Shown: positions 1 to 14,174, numbered from the stretch's first letter. The stretch: DNA of 64,000 bases from Octopus sinensis (GCF_006345805.1 NC_043006.1:21700001-21764000), one strand, 5' to 3'. Translations and numbers: made by a program. The notes: generated by a model from the sequence alone, not told the origin.

Positions 1-39
1 GAAGATGTACTTCGAATTGAACTCACAAAACTGAATTTC

Positions 40-350
40 TGAAATGTGATATTCAAAGCTCTCAATACCGTAGAACACATATAGTACTATCTCAGTGGAT
101 GGTTTTGAGCAACAACGTCGATAATTACATCAAATACAGAGCTTAAAGATGCAATGACTGAAGAATGGATAAACATGATCAGACTGTCACTGATAATTTA
201 ATCAAATCCATGCCTAATCGAGTGAACGCCATATTAGTTAAACGACAGCCCACAAGACACTGGGGGAAAATTTCGTTCATTTTCGATAATTTTTCATGAT
301 GTTATAAGTTAGATTAACGTTGCGTCCTATAACTCTGGCGTTTGTTGTAG
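40..350 (+). mobile_element. Degraded 3' end of a Tc1-like (DD34E) transposase
   Basis: Manual translation gives LNTVEHI*YYL (cf. Tc1 SPDLNPIEHLW), then LKDAMTEEW and IKSMPNRVNAIL (cf. the C-terminal SMPxR motif). Contains stops and frameshifts. Confidence 0.6.
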
Positions 351-397
351 ACCACTGTATGAGTGTATACATACATACGTGTGTGTGTATGTATGTA

Positions 398-480
<83 letters not shown>

Positions 481-574
481 TTATTTAATCAAGTATGTAC
501 TATCCCCTTAATATGTCAATGAGCTGCTAACGCTACAAGCGACTTTCTGTATCAGTATGTGTATGTATATATAT

Positions 575-648
<74 letters not shown>

Positions 649-749
649 CAAATGAATATATGAATATGGTACTTAATTTAGATGCACCAGAATTTTGTAT
701 AGTGTTATCCATAAAAATCCGTGGGGTGATTATAATCAAAATAGCCAAC

Positions 750-873
750 AAGAATGACTCCGGTAATTTGGTACGATCGTTTCGTACTACATCATTTTAT
801 TAAATTTTATTTACAACATTTAATAAAATGATGTAGTACGAAACGATCATATCAAATTACCGGAGTCATTCTT
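750..873. repeat. Near-perfect inverted repeat (hairpin)
   Basis: aagaatgactccggtaatttgg...catcattttattaaa is mirrored by tttaataaaatgatg...aaattaccggagtcattctt. Confidence 0.9.
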
Positions 874-1098
874 GTCGGTCATATATATATATGCATTACT
901 TTATATAATTATGAATATAATCATAATTAGGGTTCAGCAAAAAAAAATTGCTTTGCCACATACCGAACTTTTAGAAATTGCAGCCAAAAAACTTAGCTAT
1001 TTCTTCTACTATAAGAATGTATAGACAATGTATACTCAAAAACAATTCACGTAGGCATAGAGAGAAAAATAACGAATGTTCACCCGGCATTTGATTAC

Positions 1099-1179
1099 TT
1101 GTGGACGCGTTTCTGAGTTAGTTAGCTATAGAGATGTGAGAATTACATCTCTATTCCAACATTCTCGTCATCAGCACAA
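1099..1179 (-). ncRNA. Type I hammerhead ribozyme motif with canonical core
   Basis: Minus strand reads ttgtg-CTGATGA-[long stem II with tagagatgt/acatctcta]-GAAA-cgc-GTC^-cacaa. Stem I is ttgtg/cacaa and stem III is the palindrome acgcgt. Confidence 0.8.
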
Positions 1180-1346
1180 ATATTTCAATAATTTTAAATT
1201 AGAGAGCACTGAAAAAGTTGAACATACCTATCTGACACAAGTAACATCAGAGAAACCATCTTCAACATCCAGTACTAACGAATTCAAAACATACGAATGA
1301 GGCTCCGTATTCTCCTTCGTCCACCTACGTGTGTTATAGAGCAACA

Positions 1347-1551
1347 AATTCCTACAGAAAAATATGTAGCTTATTATCAGGGAGAAAATTATATTACCAA
1401 TAAGTTTACCGTAAATGGTCCTTTTAACATGCTGAACACTACTTGGTAGAATTATTAATTACTAATTAATTAATTAATTTTACCCTTTATTATTATTATT
1501 GATAATATAATTTTCTCCTTGATAATAAACTACAGTTTTTTCTGTAGGAAT
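1347..1551. repeat. Inverted repeat with ~50-bp arms
   Basis: attcctacagaaaaa...ggagaaaattatatta versus taatataattttctcc...tttttctgtaggaat. Confidence 0.8.
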
Positions 1552-1597
1552 ATATGCATATGTAAGTATATATCATTTTATATAAATACGTATATAT

Positions 1598-1812
1598 AAA
1601 ATAGGAATTAGAGATTAAACCACTATGATGCAACTCAAACAGTGATAGATATAAACCAATACATAAATAACAAATAATATATATAATTAATATAATATAA
1701 TATATATATATATATTAATTTTTTTATACATATTATTTGTTATTTATGTTTTGGTTTATGTCCAACACTGTTTGAGTTGCATCATAGTGGTTTTATCTCT
1801 AATTCATATCTT
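1598..1812. repeat. Inverted repeat with ~80-bp arms around a TA tract
   Basis: gaattagagattaaaccactatgatgcaactcaaacagtg versus cactgtttgagttgcatcatagtggttttatctctaattc. Confidence 0.85.
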
Positions 1813-1932
1813 ATATATTATACTGTGAAATTTGATTTAATACTAAATTGAATTTTTCCCTGTGATTTTGGAGTTAAACTCCCTAATATTATTATTATAA
1901 ATACGTGTGTATATATATATATATATATGAAC

Positions 1933-2051
1933 TTTTAGCAGAAGCAGCAGAGTGACTCAAGGTCCGAGAGTTTCTTGCGTTGGCACTTAGTTTGATAAGT
2001 ACCAAAACACGAATACTCTCGGATCTCGAGTCACTCTGTGTTTCTGCTAAA
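1933..2051. repeat. Imperfect inverted repeat
   Basis: tttagcagaa...cagagtgactcaaggtccgagagt versus actctcggatctcgagtcactctg...ttctgctaaa. Confidence 0.8.
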
Positions 2052-2083
2052 TATTAATAAAAAACATACATATACTCATATTT

Positions 2084-2800
2084 AGAGCACTATGATGCAA
2101 TTCACCTTGTCAGAAATTTGGAAACGACGTGCTGTACTGCTTAGCATTCGCACCGGAGGCTTCAATACGAACATTTCAGAGTGCTTGGGTGTCAATCTGA
2201 GGACAGTGCAATCTGAGAACATGTACTGAGAGTGATAAAAATGAAACATCCAGTCAACATCATAGTGCTTGGAACGATCACTTGTGATGGCGACGTTATG
2301 CCTCCAGTCATCTTAACACACGGCCTCAGACCCAACACGGAGGCCTACATCAAATGCTTGAAGGTAGTGTTGCCTTGGGTCAAGATGGTAACTGCCGGAA
2401 GACCTTATTTCCGGCAAAAAAACTCTACACCATGCCACACAAGCAAGAGAACACAGACATCGCAGTCAGACAATTTCTGTGACCACATCACCCTTAACAT
2501 CTGACCACCTAACTCCCCAGACTGCAACCCCCTTGATTATTATGCGAGGGGTGCAGTTAGTTGAACGAGAAACCAGCAAAATTCTTTGTAAGAGCAAGGA
2601 TGAACTGAAGACAAGGATTATGACAGCATTCACAACTTAAACAAGGAGACCACCCAAAAGAGGTGCAGGAGATTCCGAAGTTGTTTGGAAGTCGTGGTTG
2701 AAGACAATGGCGATTTTATGGTATAAATTTACTCTTTAGTATTTGAATGTATTTTTATGTAATTTTGGAAAATATATGTTAAAATGAGATGTCAGTGTTA
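2084..2800 (+). mobile_element. Internally deleted Tc1/mariner DD37D (maT-type) transposon relic
   Basis: An N-terminal HTH-like segment (MMQFTLSEIWKRRAVLL...LGVNLRTVQ, from 2092) is joined to the catalytic part KHPVNIIVLGTITCDG...QKNSTPCH...*PPNSPDCNPLDYY. There are 37 residues between the mutated second D and the D of NPLD. Confidence 0.85.
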
Positions 2801-2842
2801 TTTATATATATATAGACATATATATGCATATATATATGAGTG

Positions 2843-2882
<40 letters not shown>

Positions 2883-3546
2883 TATATATACACACACATA
2901 CACACATATATATGCACATACATATATGCATATATATATATATATATATAATATATATATATATACATATGCATATATGCGTGTGTGAATGTATGTATAC
3001 GTGTAGGTATATCAATATATAATCTGGTGTTTGTAAATGACACAGAAAAGACAGGTGCATGAAAATAAGATATTTAGAGATAGATATTTAAAGCATTTAA
3101 TAAAGTATCATTTGACAGGAGCTATTATCATTCTCTTAGAAACATCAATACTTTTAGAGTAATACATATTAAGTAGCTGCTGCTAGTGCTGCTGCAAGCG
3201 TTTTAGCTGGAAAAAAGGCAACGAATAACTGCGTATATTGTTTCAAATTCCAAATGAAATTAATTTTTTTCACCTGCATTACAATTATTCATTGGTCTAC
3301 ACTTAAATATCTAGTCTGCACATATGCCAAGTCTAACATAACATGAAATAAACTCCCTGTGAGTTCCGAGTTCTGGGTGTCATTTGTGCTTCGTTAGTGA
3401 AGAGAACATTCCGTTTTATAAAGAAAAATGTATTTATCCTCCCAGGAAAACTACGCTTTCCATGAACATATATTAAACATTAGGCAAAGGGGAAAAATTG
3501 ATATAAGCACGAGTTCAATCTCACAGGAAGTGCTATATATATCATA

Positions 3547-4848
3547 ATGGCTGAAGAGTTCCCTAACATTTATGGAGGTCTATATCGTGATGATTGTTTA
3601 CTTTACCTCCAAAATGTTTCCAACCAAAAGGTACAAAAAGTTAAGAATAGTTTAGTTAATTTTTTCAGTAGAATGGGCTTAAAAATCGTTTTTGATGACG
3701 ATATGACGAAGGCCAACTTTTTAGATATTACGCTTAATTTACACAGTGACTCTTACTTCCCATATCGTAAACCGTTGACCAATCTTAGGTACATTAGCAA
3801 ATTTAGTAATCATCCTGGAGCAATTACTAAGAACTTAGTTAAGAATATTTCATTTAGATTATCTAAATTATCTGCTAATGTTGATATTTTCAATAATAAC
3901 GCTGAATTCTATAACTCTGCCTTAATTAAAGCAGGTTATACAGAGAAACTTTTCTACATTGATTCTGCTCAATCTAATTGTAAATTCAATAATGTAGATA
4001 AGATTTCTAGTCGTAAAAGAATTATTGATAACAAACATAACTTACGCACCGATACAAAGCGAATGAAGGCAGATAGCCCTTATTTAATCCCCTATTATCG
4101 ATCTAAAAGTAAATATAACACCTTCAAAAGTAATTACGCTATGAATACTAGTAAAAATATTTGGTTAATAATTCCTTACGGGAGACAAATTAAATCTAAT
4201 CTCCCACTACTGTTTCATCAAGCTATTGCTAGGAATTTTCCAAACAATTCTAGATATTACTCTATTATCAATTCACATAAGGTTAGGATAGGTTTTTCAA
4301 ACACAAAAAATCTCTTGCAAATTATCTCTTCACATAATAACAAACTGTTAAATATTAATACATTTACTAATACGAACATTAATTTAGCTAATACCATCCA
4401 ACCCTCTAGAAATATTAATAACAAGGTTATTGTATCTGAAGTCAATTCCAATAGAAGTTTATGTCAAGTAACTCTAAGATTAAAAATTCTATATACCAGT
4501 GTATAATCAGTACTTGTAATAAAGTACGATTTTACATTGGAAGCACATCGTAAGAGTTATCTAAAATAATTTCTATCCATTAATCAACATTTAGGGGTAG
4601 AAATAAACGTAATAGTACCGGTCTCAGCAAATTGATTTGGGATTTAAAAAGACCACAATGAACAATTTCATTTAGAATGGTTGATTCTCTCAATTTCGAT
4701 ACCATATGACAAAGGCAAGGAATTCTGTCTTTGCAATTCTGAGCTATTTTTCATTATTTTTTCTAAAAATACTCTAGTAAACACGGTTATAGAGCGAGCA
4801 TACAGATGTAAGCATTGGCAAAAACATACATTTAGTGCATATAAGTAG
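3547..4848 (+). mobile_element. Penelope-like retroelement fragment: RT C-terminal half plus frameshifted GIY-YIG endonuclease
   Basis: ORF 3547-4506 has GGLYRDD, NFLDITLNL, PYRKP...YISKFSNHP. The downstream frame reads YQCIISTCNKVRFYIGSTS...NSTGLSKLIWDLK...PYDKGKEFCLCNSE...RCKH. Confidence 0.9.
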
Positions 4849-5364
4849 TCTCTATCATTATATATCATTTAAACTTTAATTTCCTTTATATTTAACATTC
4901 ACTATTAATATCCCTACTCTTTCTGTTAGCTACTTATGACGTTATATCATATAACGTTTTTTTAAACAATGTTAATAACGTTCAGTCTATCGCTATACAA
5001 ATCCATCAATTTTTGCTAAAATGTCTTATTGACGAGTTTCGTTTTTTCACTTTCCTGGGGAGAAGATTGCATTGTTTATACCATTTATTCTTTTGAATAG
5101 TATCAGTGGAATAAAAATATTTGAGTAAAAATATTTGATTACACCTGCGTTAAACTCCATTTATTTATTCATATATTATTCAAAATATTCAACGTAAACA
5201 CGAAGTTTCTACCTTTATAAACAAGGAGTTACAACATCGTTACTTGTGTGATTTTTGCTACCCTGGTAACTATTTATTTATTTTTTCCGTGTTAATTGTT
5301 AACAAGGTAAAAATACACTCATCTATTTATATATAATATATATAATTATATATATATATATATC

Positions 5365-5400
<36 letters not shown>

Positions 5401-6130
5401 TATGTATGTATACATGTAAATATATATATGTGTGTGTGTGTATATATATATATATGTACATATAAATGCAAAGAATTAGTTTCAAGAAAATAACATAAGT
5501 TAAATGAATATATACATACATACATATGATTATATATATGTGTGTGTGCGTGTGTGTATGTATATATGTATGAATGTATGTATGTATGTATGAATGTATG
5601 TATGCATGCAGAGTGTATGTATGTATGTATGTATGTATGTATGTATGTATGTATGTATGTATGTATGTATGTATGTATGTATGTATGTATGCATGAATGT
5701 ATGTATGTATGTATTATGTATGTATTCATTTAACTTATGTTCTTTTCTTCGAACTAATTCTTTGCATTTAGTGAGGTTTTGGGAGGATTTCTAAATATTT
5801 GAATGTCACAATACCAAATCTTAGCTGACAGCAAAAGAATTTCAAATTATCTCTGTTCTTTTTTATGTGCGTTTAACAACTTCTAAATTCATTTCAATTT
5901 ACTACGAATTCTATTTCTTAAACATATCTACAGTTAGACCTTACACACTGATATTTTCTATGGTAGAATATTATTTATAAATTTTTCTCGGAGTAGAAGA
6001 GTCGTGTCCACAACCCTTTAAGACGACTGTGGAGCTAAATGCCGGTGTTATTTAGTCTAACTTTTTTAATATCAACCCATCTGAGACTGTCATTAGTTCC
6101 ATAACATAGTCTTCTTGTTTTAAAGTGATG

Positions 6131-6211
<81 letters not shown>

Positions 6212-6559
6212 CATACATACATATACATACATATATACATACATACTTACATACACATACACACACGTACACACGTGCTCATATATACATATATAGATAC
6301 ACACATATGTATATATACTCAATAATTTGTCCTCGTATGTAATACTCAATAATCTTCTATAAATGTACATGTATATATATATAAATTGAATATATATATA
6401 TAAATTAAAACGTTCTGTAAAAATTCTATTTTAATTTATGTTCTAAACACCAGCTTAATAAGGACAAAATGATTTAATTAAATTATTGAAGTCTTCATTA
6501 TTGTCAAAATTAATTGAAACAGCAGCAGTGCATTTCGGGAGAAATACGTTGAAGAAACG

Positions 6560-6930
6560 GTTTAACTTGAGCATGTCGGTGCCTGAAGAGAGAGAAACGG
6601 TGGTTTGAAGGAAATTCCAAACGGCGCAGTTCTAGCTATGATATACAAAAGCAAGAGTTCAAAAGGAGGATAGGGAAGTAAAACACGAAAAGGATGATGA
6701 GAACTAGAGAAATTAATCTGATGGCACGAAGCCAACTGGTTTACAAGAACTTAAATCTCTACAGTAACAATAGAAGACGCAACGTTTTACTGTGGTACAG
6801 GCAGTTGTTTATTAGTAAACAAAGACTTTATAATCAATAGAACATATGAGTATGTAGAAACAGCGACAGCCCGCGAATGTAAAGAATTTTGTAGTGTGTG
6901 ACAAGTGTGCCATATAAGTGGTTAGAAACA
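6560..6930 (-). mobile_element. Highly decayed CR1/Jockey-like LINE 3' fragment
   Basis: Minus-strand remnants PLYHS..., SHHPFRVLLP and IARTAPF resemble the post-RT PLSHRR..HP..V..P..PRT..LWNSLP region. Confidence 0.4.
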
Positions 6931-6946
6931 AAGTGAGTTTAGTTTT

Positions 6947-7160
6947 AGCGGCGAACTGGCAGAAACGATAGCACGCCGGGTAAAAAGCCGTTACGTTCAG
7001 AGTTCAAATTCCACCGAGGTCGACTTTGCCTTTCATCCTTTCGGGGTTGATAAATTAAGTACCAGTTACGCACTGGGATCGATATAATCGACTTAATCTA
7101 TTTGTCTGTCCTTGTTTGTCCCCTCGGTGTGTAGATCCTTGTGGGCAGTAAAGAAATAAG
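6947..7160 (+). mobile_element. SINE family B (tRNA-like head; core gaggtcgactttgcctttcatcctttcggggtcgataaa)
   Basis: A-box-like ctggcagaa and B-box gagttcaaattcc. More than 15 similar copies in the window. Confidence 0.85.
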
Positions 7161-7829
7161 AAACAAAGAGAGTTTTAGACCTGAAATGAAGAGGGTTATA
7201 CTGTTTGGTTTGCGTTATTGTATATTTGTCTCTAACATGAATCGTTTGAGATTGTGACACCTGAGAGACTGTAAAGTTGGGAACAGTTTACATGTGATCT
7301 GCTTATGATTAAGAAATAAAAGTGTTGTCGGTATGATTTCTTGATATGTGTGGAGAGAGTATTTTAATGCGTTAGGAAATATCAAGTTGTCTCCCTTGTG
7401 TTTTCCTGCAGGGTTCCTTTCTGAGAAGGATTTTCGATGCGTGATTTGAAGTAAAATAAAGCAGATCCCCAGTGAATAGAAATACGATTATAAAATCATA
7501 TCTGGAGCAACGTAGCGTTGTAATTGTGTCCTGGGTCTCTGGAATTCACAGAATGTGGTTCTTAATTGCTCCATTACTACACGCTTCGTCGGGCCTAACT
7601 GACAAAAGAACACTTCCGTTTCATGAGATGAGAGACAGATTGTGTCCGTAAATAAGTAATATTTCTACTACGACGTATTTCTGACAGTCATGATCGAAAA
7701 TGTTGCTGATGCGAAATGAAAAGATATTGGTTTCACCTAATTTTAATAATACAGATATATACATACTTGCTTTCATGCATACATTACATAAATAATATAA
7801 AATATATATATATATATATATACATATAT

Positions 7830-7990
7830 TTTTTTTCTCTCCTTGTTTTTTCTGTGTCCCTTTCTGTAGAAGAGCGTAGGCTCGAAACGTAAAAGACTTT
7901 TTCTATTCCTGAGCGTCATACTAATACATCTGTTTGTTTTGTACACCGCCTCCTGTCTTCTTCTTTTGGTTTTTTTCGTAAACTCTCCCT
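7830..7990 (+). mobile_element. Penelope-type terminal-repeat relic with a variant hammerhead motif (7860-7895)
   Basis: cttt-CTGTAGA-a-gagc gtag gctc-GAAA-c-GTA^-aaag. The same unit recurs near 26190, 41306, 41715, 43380, 44010 and 60220. Confidence 0.7.
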
Positions 7991-8019
7991 ATGTATGTGT
8001 TTTTAAAATATATATATAC

Positions 8020-8106
<87 letters not shown>

Positions 8107-8965
8107 CTAATCTTATATAATGATATTTAACGATAGCCAAAACGAACAGACTTTTTTCCGATGCCCGGAATTGAAAAGATGGGACTGAACATGAAAGTAC
8201 ATGGTTGCAAAAGCAAGAATCTAAACCACACAGTCATGCCTGATTCTTCTATCCCTAATAACTTTCTAAAAAAGAAAAATGCATATTTTTAGACGAAATT
8301 TTGCAGACATTTTGGTGGGGGGGTGTAGAAATACGTTGGGGAGAGCGAAGACTACGTAATGGGGACAAAAGTGAAAAACTTAAAGTTATGGAAATAAGGG
8401 GCAACAAATTCAGAGGGTAGTGGTGATGGGAAGAGTTGCAGGAAAAATTGATTAGAGTCTCCTCCCAAAATATTTTTTCTGATTTCATTTTAGAGCAATT
8501 ATATAAAAAAAAAACTAACACTAAAAAGTTTCCTTAAAATAAATATGCATTTTTCGGTAAGTTATGAAGAAACAAAATCGATGGAAAGAGGTCATCAATC
8601 TGTACTTATGCTCAGCATATCGCGATATTCAACAACATTAGAAAGGGCAACAAGTGAACGGTTACCACTTGGTGTAGATGTAGGCTAAACAAAATAGAAA
8701 GCGGCTGAGCACTGGAATTGCTAGAGCTAATGTAGCACTCAAGAAATAGAAATGCAGCTCATCTTTGAGCGACTATGACATTGAGTCACAAACTATCGAA
8801 TACCTATTCGGCTGCTTCTTAAATACCAGAATCAGCACTTTCACTGACTTCAAAATCTTTTAAAATGCAGAGAAATTAACAAAATTTAGTTAAAAGTGAA
8901 GGAGGCTAGGCACAAATATCCTGCTGACTTTAGGATGGAGGGATGTTGATACTTTTATAAATTTA

Positions 8966-9347
8966 CTAGCAGTATCGCCCGGCGTTGCTCAGGTTTGTAA
9001 GGGAAATAACTATAAAGCATTTTTAGAGAGTTATAGCCAAAAAATAGCAAACAAATGGAAAAAAATGATGGTAAATTTTTTTGAGAGTTAAAAAAGGTGG
9101 AGTTGCGTCCCCTAGACGGTCTGTGGTTTGGGTTTCTGATTCTCGACCCCATGTCGAATTTATCGATTTTTTTCAGAACTGGGGGAACTTTTCAAAATTT
9201 TCGCTGCGTTAGTTTTGAATTATGACATTGGGCTATGTGTGTGTCAAGTTTCATCAGAATCGGTTGAAAGCCGTGGTCAGAGTGAGGGTACGAGAAAACA
9301 GACACACAGAAAACGCACAGACAAACTGCCGTTTATATAGAGAGAGA
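8966..9347 (-). mobile_element. Non-autonomous Helitron
   Basis: Minus strand starts A|TC and ends with a GC hairpin (cctgagcaacgccggg) plus gatactgCTAG|T, with no TSD. Termini are shared with 31786-32167 and 55443-55750. Confidence 0.8.
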
Positions 9348-9516
9348 TAACTTTCCTGACATTATTCATGATGTTCAGTGACGTAAAATCGGTTCAAGCG
9401 GCAGGAGGACCAAAGGTGTCAATGGAAATTGCTCCGGTTCAGGATCGAGTGTTCACAGGGTTAAAATTATTTGCACGCTCCATACTTCAACACGATTAAT
9501 ATTAAAAAGGTACTAT

Positions 9517-9932
9517 AGGCGCAGGAGTGGCTGTATGGTAAGTAGCTTGCTAAACATCCTCATGGTTCCGGGTTCAGTCCCACTGCGTGGCATCTTGGGC
9601 AAGTGTCTTCTGCTATAGCCCCGGGCCGACCAATGCCTTGTGAGTGGATTTGGTAGACGGAAACTGAAAGAAGCCTGTCGTATATATGTATATATATATA
9701 TATGCGTGTGTGTGTTTGTGTGTCTGTGTTTGTCCCCCTAGCATTGCTTGACAACCGATGCTGGTGTGTTTACGTCCCCGTCACTTAGCGGTTCGGCAAA
9801 AAGAGACCGATAGAATAAGTACTGGGCTTACAAAGAATAAGTCCGGGGTCGATTTGCTCGACTAAAGGCGGTGCTCCAGCATGGCCGCAGTCAAATGACT
9901 GAAACAAGTAAAAAAAAACAAAAGAGAAAGAG
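9517..9932 (+). mobile_element. SINE family A, full length (tRNA-like head, internal TA/TG microsatellite, 3' stem-loop tail)
   Basis: Head ggcgcaggagtggctgtatggtaag, B-box ggttcagtccc, tail ggcggtgctccagcatggccgcagtcaaatgactgaaacaag. About 10 copies in the window. Confidence 0.9.
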
Positions 9933-11425
9933 TGAGATGTTCAATACCAATTTGTATGGAATGTATCGTTAAAGGAAACACACACACACACACACAAGCA
10001 ACTAAACATAACACACACATTTAGTCATGCGCATGGCAGTTCATCTTCATTATGGTGATTGAGTAGTTCATGTGTCCAACGCGTGATATAGAGGTTATAA
10101 TGTCCAATTATGCTGCAGTTATCATGTTGTGTTCTTGGACGAAATACGTTGCTTATCACTCGTCAGCAGAAAATTTGGCTATTTTAACAATCACTCAACC
10201 ATAAGTAAGTATTTTACATTTGGTTGACTTAAACTAAGGAGGAGATCTGATTATCCACTTATGGCCAATTCGAAAGAGGGAAGTTAAAATTAAACAAACA
10301 TGTAGTATTATCGACATTTTTGGCCAAGAAGTCGGTCAGTTATACAGAATCTCCAGCCTCGGATTGATTTCCTTTTACATCGGTTTGCAGTTTCTTTCGT
10401 TGAGACAACATAAGGTCTTTCAGTTCCTCTACTTTTCTTTTTAAATCGCAATTTAAGAATAACATTGCCGTTATAGTTAGCGGTTCCACAAAGAGAGCAA
10501 TAACTGTGTCATTGCATTTCTGACCACGATAGTGATGAGGGTGTGTCTGAAAATCGGTGTAGAATACATATTGCACGGAATTTCTACCTTGAGAATCATG
10601 ATAAGGAAACGAAAGCAAAGTAGTATATACGATGTCAGCCTGAGTCTTTTGTAAAAGACACTCGCCCACGACTATGTAAGATGGAACCCAAAACCATGTG
10701 GTAGAAATACAAACTTTTCAATCGAACAGCTATCTTGGACCAGTGCTGGTTCACAGTATTTGTTCGTTATTACCGAGGCAATTAAGAAAGAAAAATAAAC
10801 TAGATATAAAACTGAAGGCTAAGATTATGATTTCCCCCTCCTCACTTCCATTTGTTGTGATACAGAAACTATCAACTATTGACTATAGAAAACGACACAA
10901 GATAAAATGAATTGATTCAGAATGGAATTTGTGAAATGGAAGACAACACAGGGAAGTCAGCCGTATGGAGACTCTCTCAATTAAATAGTTTAGAGTCTAA
11001 AAAAAACTTTGCTTTGCTTATCTAGATGGAAGCAATCTATACAAAGCACTTGAGTGAGTGGATATAAAATCTGTTCGTAACAGCAGAAAATCAGACAAGA
11101 CTACTCAACATTGCTCAAGTCGCAATCTGAAACTATGTATTAACTATATAATCATTTACTGGCAAGAAACTAATATACGCTTAAAATAATAATACATAAA
11201 TAAACAAACGCAGTCATACGCGTAACGATTTCACATAACCATGCAAATACATGTAGCCATGCACACACGCATCAATCAATATACATGCAAACGTAAATAT
11301 ATATGTGTGTGTGTGTGTATAAGTACATTATACACAAATGCAAGTCTAAATGTATATATCATCAATAAAAAATAACAAAGGACGAACACACATATATGTC
11401 TATCTGTTATATTATACATACATAC

Positions 11426-11552
<127 letters not shown>

Positions 11553-11712
11553 GGTGTGTGTGTGGTGTGTGTGGTGTGTGTGTGTGTGCGTGTGTGTGTG
11601 TGTGTTGTGTCTGGGGAGAGTCATTTTCTTTCTGTGCCACAACAGAATATGCTTCAACTCACGAACTCATATAAAGAATCTTGACAACCAAATCAAAAAA
11701 ACAATATATATA

Positions 11713-11754
<42 letters not shown>

Positions 11755-12080
11755 ATATTATATATGTATGTATATCTATCTATCTATATCTATATATACA
11801 CATGTATGTATGTATAATAATGTGAGGACACACTCCCTGCGAAAACTGTGCAGTGGCTTCAACAAAATTTTTGTTTCTAGTTTTCAGAATACTATTGATG
11901 TAACAAAGTTTTGAAAGATTGAGTCGAAAAGAAAATCCTGCTCTATCCTCTATCTCTTATCTCCTGTTATCTCTGTCTCTTTTTCTCTTTCTACATGTAT
12001 ATAAGTACACACATGCAAACACACACACACACACACACACATATGTATATTCACAGCATGTGTATGTTTGTACATAGTGA

Positions 12081-12135
<55 letters not shown>

Positions 12136-13068
12136 GTATATTTTAAACACATATGCGCAATCACACACACAGACACAAACATACACACACGCGCATTCAT
12201 ATGAAACATATGCATAGATTGTTTGAAATGATACACATTTTGGGTAATTATTTGTTTAGCGCTTTTATCTCATTTCAAGTATTCATCACGAATGGTTCTT
12301 ATTTACAGAAAATGCGTTTTATATATACATATGTGTATGTGTGTGTGATTCTATATGTGTGTGTGTGTGTGTGTGTGGTGTGTGTGTGTGTGTATGTGTG
12401 TGTGTGTGTGTGTGTCTGTGTCTGTGAGTGTGTGTTTGTGGGATCAAGCGAGAGTTGGTTGAAAAAATCTAGCGTCGAATTGGGAAGAGAATATTCTTTA
12501 TTATTTTGAATCTGACGGAGTGTACGTATATTTCTGTGTATGCATGTGTCTGTGGGTAAGTATGTGTGCGTGTGTGTGTGTGTGCTAAGTTTTTGGAGGC
12601 TAGATTAGAGGGAGAAAAAAGGGAAAGGAAAAACTAGAAAGTAAGAAAGACAGGAAGAAAGAAAGAAAGAAAGGAAGAAAAAGAAAAGAAACAAACAAAG
12701 AAAGAAAGAAATAAAGAAATAGCATTTTCCTGAAATGGCTAAAATTGCATTGTATTATTTTGTCAGTTGTATGCTACTTAGGGGTAGAAAAGGGTCTTTA
12801 TCTGGGACGGTTCAATTTCCTTTTAGTCACTGTGTTTATATTTTTGTTGGTTGTAGAAAGAGAAGTTATTAAATGTGTACGTGCGTGTATGTGTGTGTAT
12901 GTGTGTATTTAAGCGTAGGCGTGTGAGTGAGCGCATGTGTGTGTTGCGTGTTGATTACTAAAGTGAAAATTTCCGATTCTTTCCTTTTTTCGTTCTTTTG
13001 TCTTTCTTCTGTTTTTCTTTTCTCCTCTTTCTCCTTTTTCTCTCTCTAACTAAGCCTCCAAAAATCCA

Positions 13069-13132
<64 letters not shown>

Positions 13133-13525
13133 CCAAATATACATTAAAAATAATGAAGAAATTCTCTTCCCAAATCAATTCCAGATTTTTTCATCTAACT
13201 CATACACCTATATAAAGGACATAAATTTTCGGTAAAAAAAATCCTGACGAATCTCTGAAGCGAAATGAAAGTACTAAATAAATAATTATTGAAAATTCTG
13301 ACGACCTCCTTTTTCTTAATATCGATGCAAGATGTGTCGGAACAATTGTCGTGATTAATAAAATATCTCGTATATTCCATCACCATCTTTTATTTACCAT
13401 ATATATATATTGATAGAAATGCTAAGACAACAAAAGAATGAAACAGACCTCGATATTATGTAAATAGAGGAATTTATCTGTAAATGTAATATGTGACAAT
13501 TATTCGGCAACCAGGATAAAACTCC

Positions 13526-13713
13526 GATATGAGATTACCATGTCGCGCACATGTGCCTAGTGTACCCTTATCAGACGGGTAGTCATGATGGGTATACTTG
13601 GCTTCGTATATTTTACCCCAGTGTCACTTTGATGGCATGCACTGCTCTCTCACTCAATAATAATAATAATAGTAATAATAATAATAATAATAATAATGAT
13701 AATAATAATAATG

Positions 13714-13770
<57 letters not shown>

Positions 13771-13799
13771 TAATAATATAATAATAATAATAATAATTA

Positions 13800-13838
<39 letters not shown>
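13526..13838 (+). mobile_element. 3' fragment of the (AAT)n-tailed retroposon followed by long (AAT)n
   Basis: Matches about 56558-56701 (accatgtcgcgcac...ctgctctctcactc) and runs directly into (aat)n. Confidence 0.8.
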
Positions 13839-13839
<1 letters not shown>

Positions 13840-13912
13840 CAATGTAAATAAAAATGCCATATGTTTTGGTGTCTGAAATTTGGCTCGCTTTGTATATATA
13901 ACGAGACATTAT

Positions 13913-13979
<67 letters not shown>

Positions 13980-14003
13980 TTCATACACATTCATATACAT
14001 GCT

Positions 14004-14049
<46 letters not shown>

Positions 14050-14174
14050 GAAATTAATGTATACTATGATAACTGTGTGTATGTATGTATGTATTTATGT
14101 ATGTATGTATGTACGTATGTATGTATGCATGCATGTATGTATCTATGTATGTATGTATGCATGTATGTATGAAT

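Noticed and set aside
3547-4506. Intact host gene or active retroelement
   Set aside because: The RT lacks its N-terminal motifs and the endonuclease is frameshifted with stops, so it is a truncated dead Penelope-like copy.
13295-13356. Additional hammerhead candidates (CTGACGA...GGAAcaattgTC; also 35081 and 46150-46186)
   Set aside because: The GAAA core is broken or stem I cannot pair. At most these are degenerate relics.
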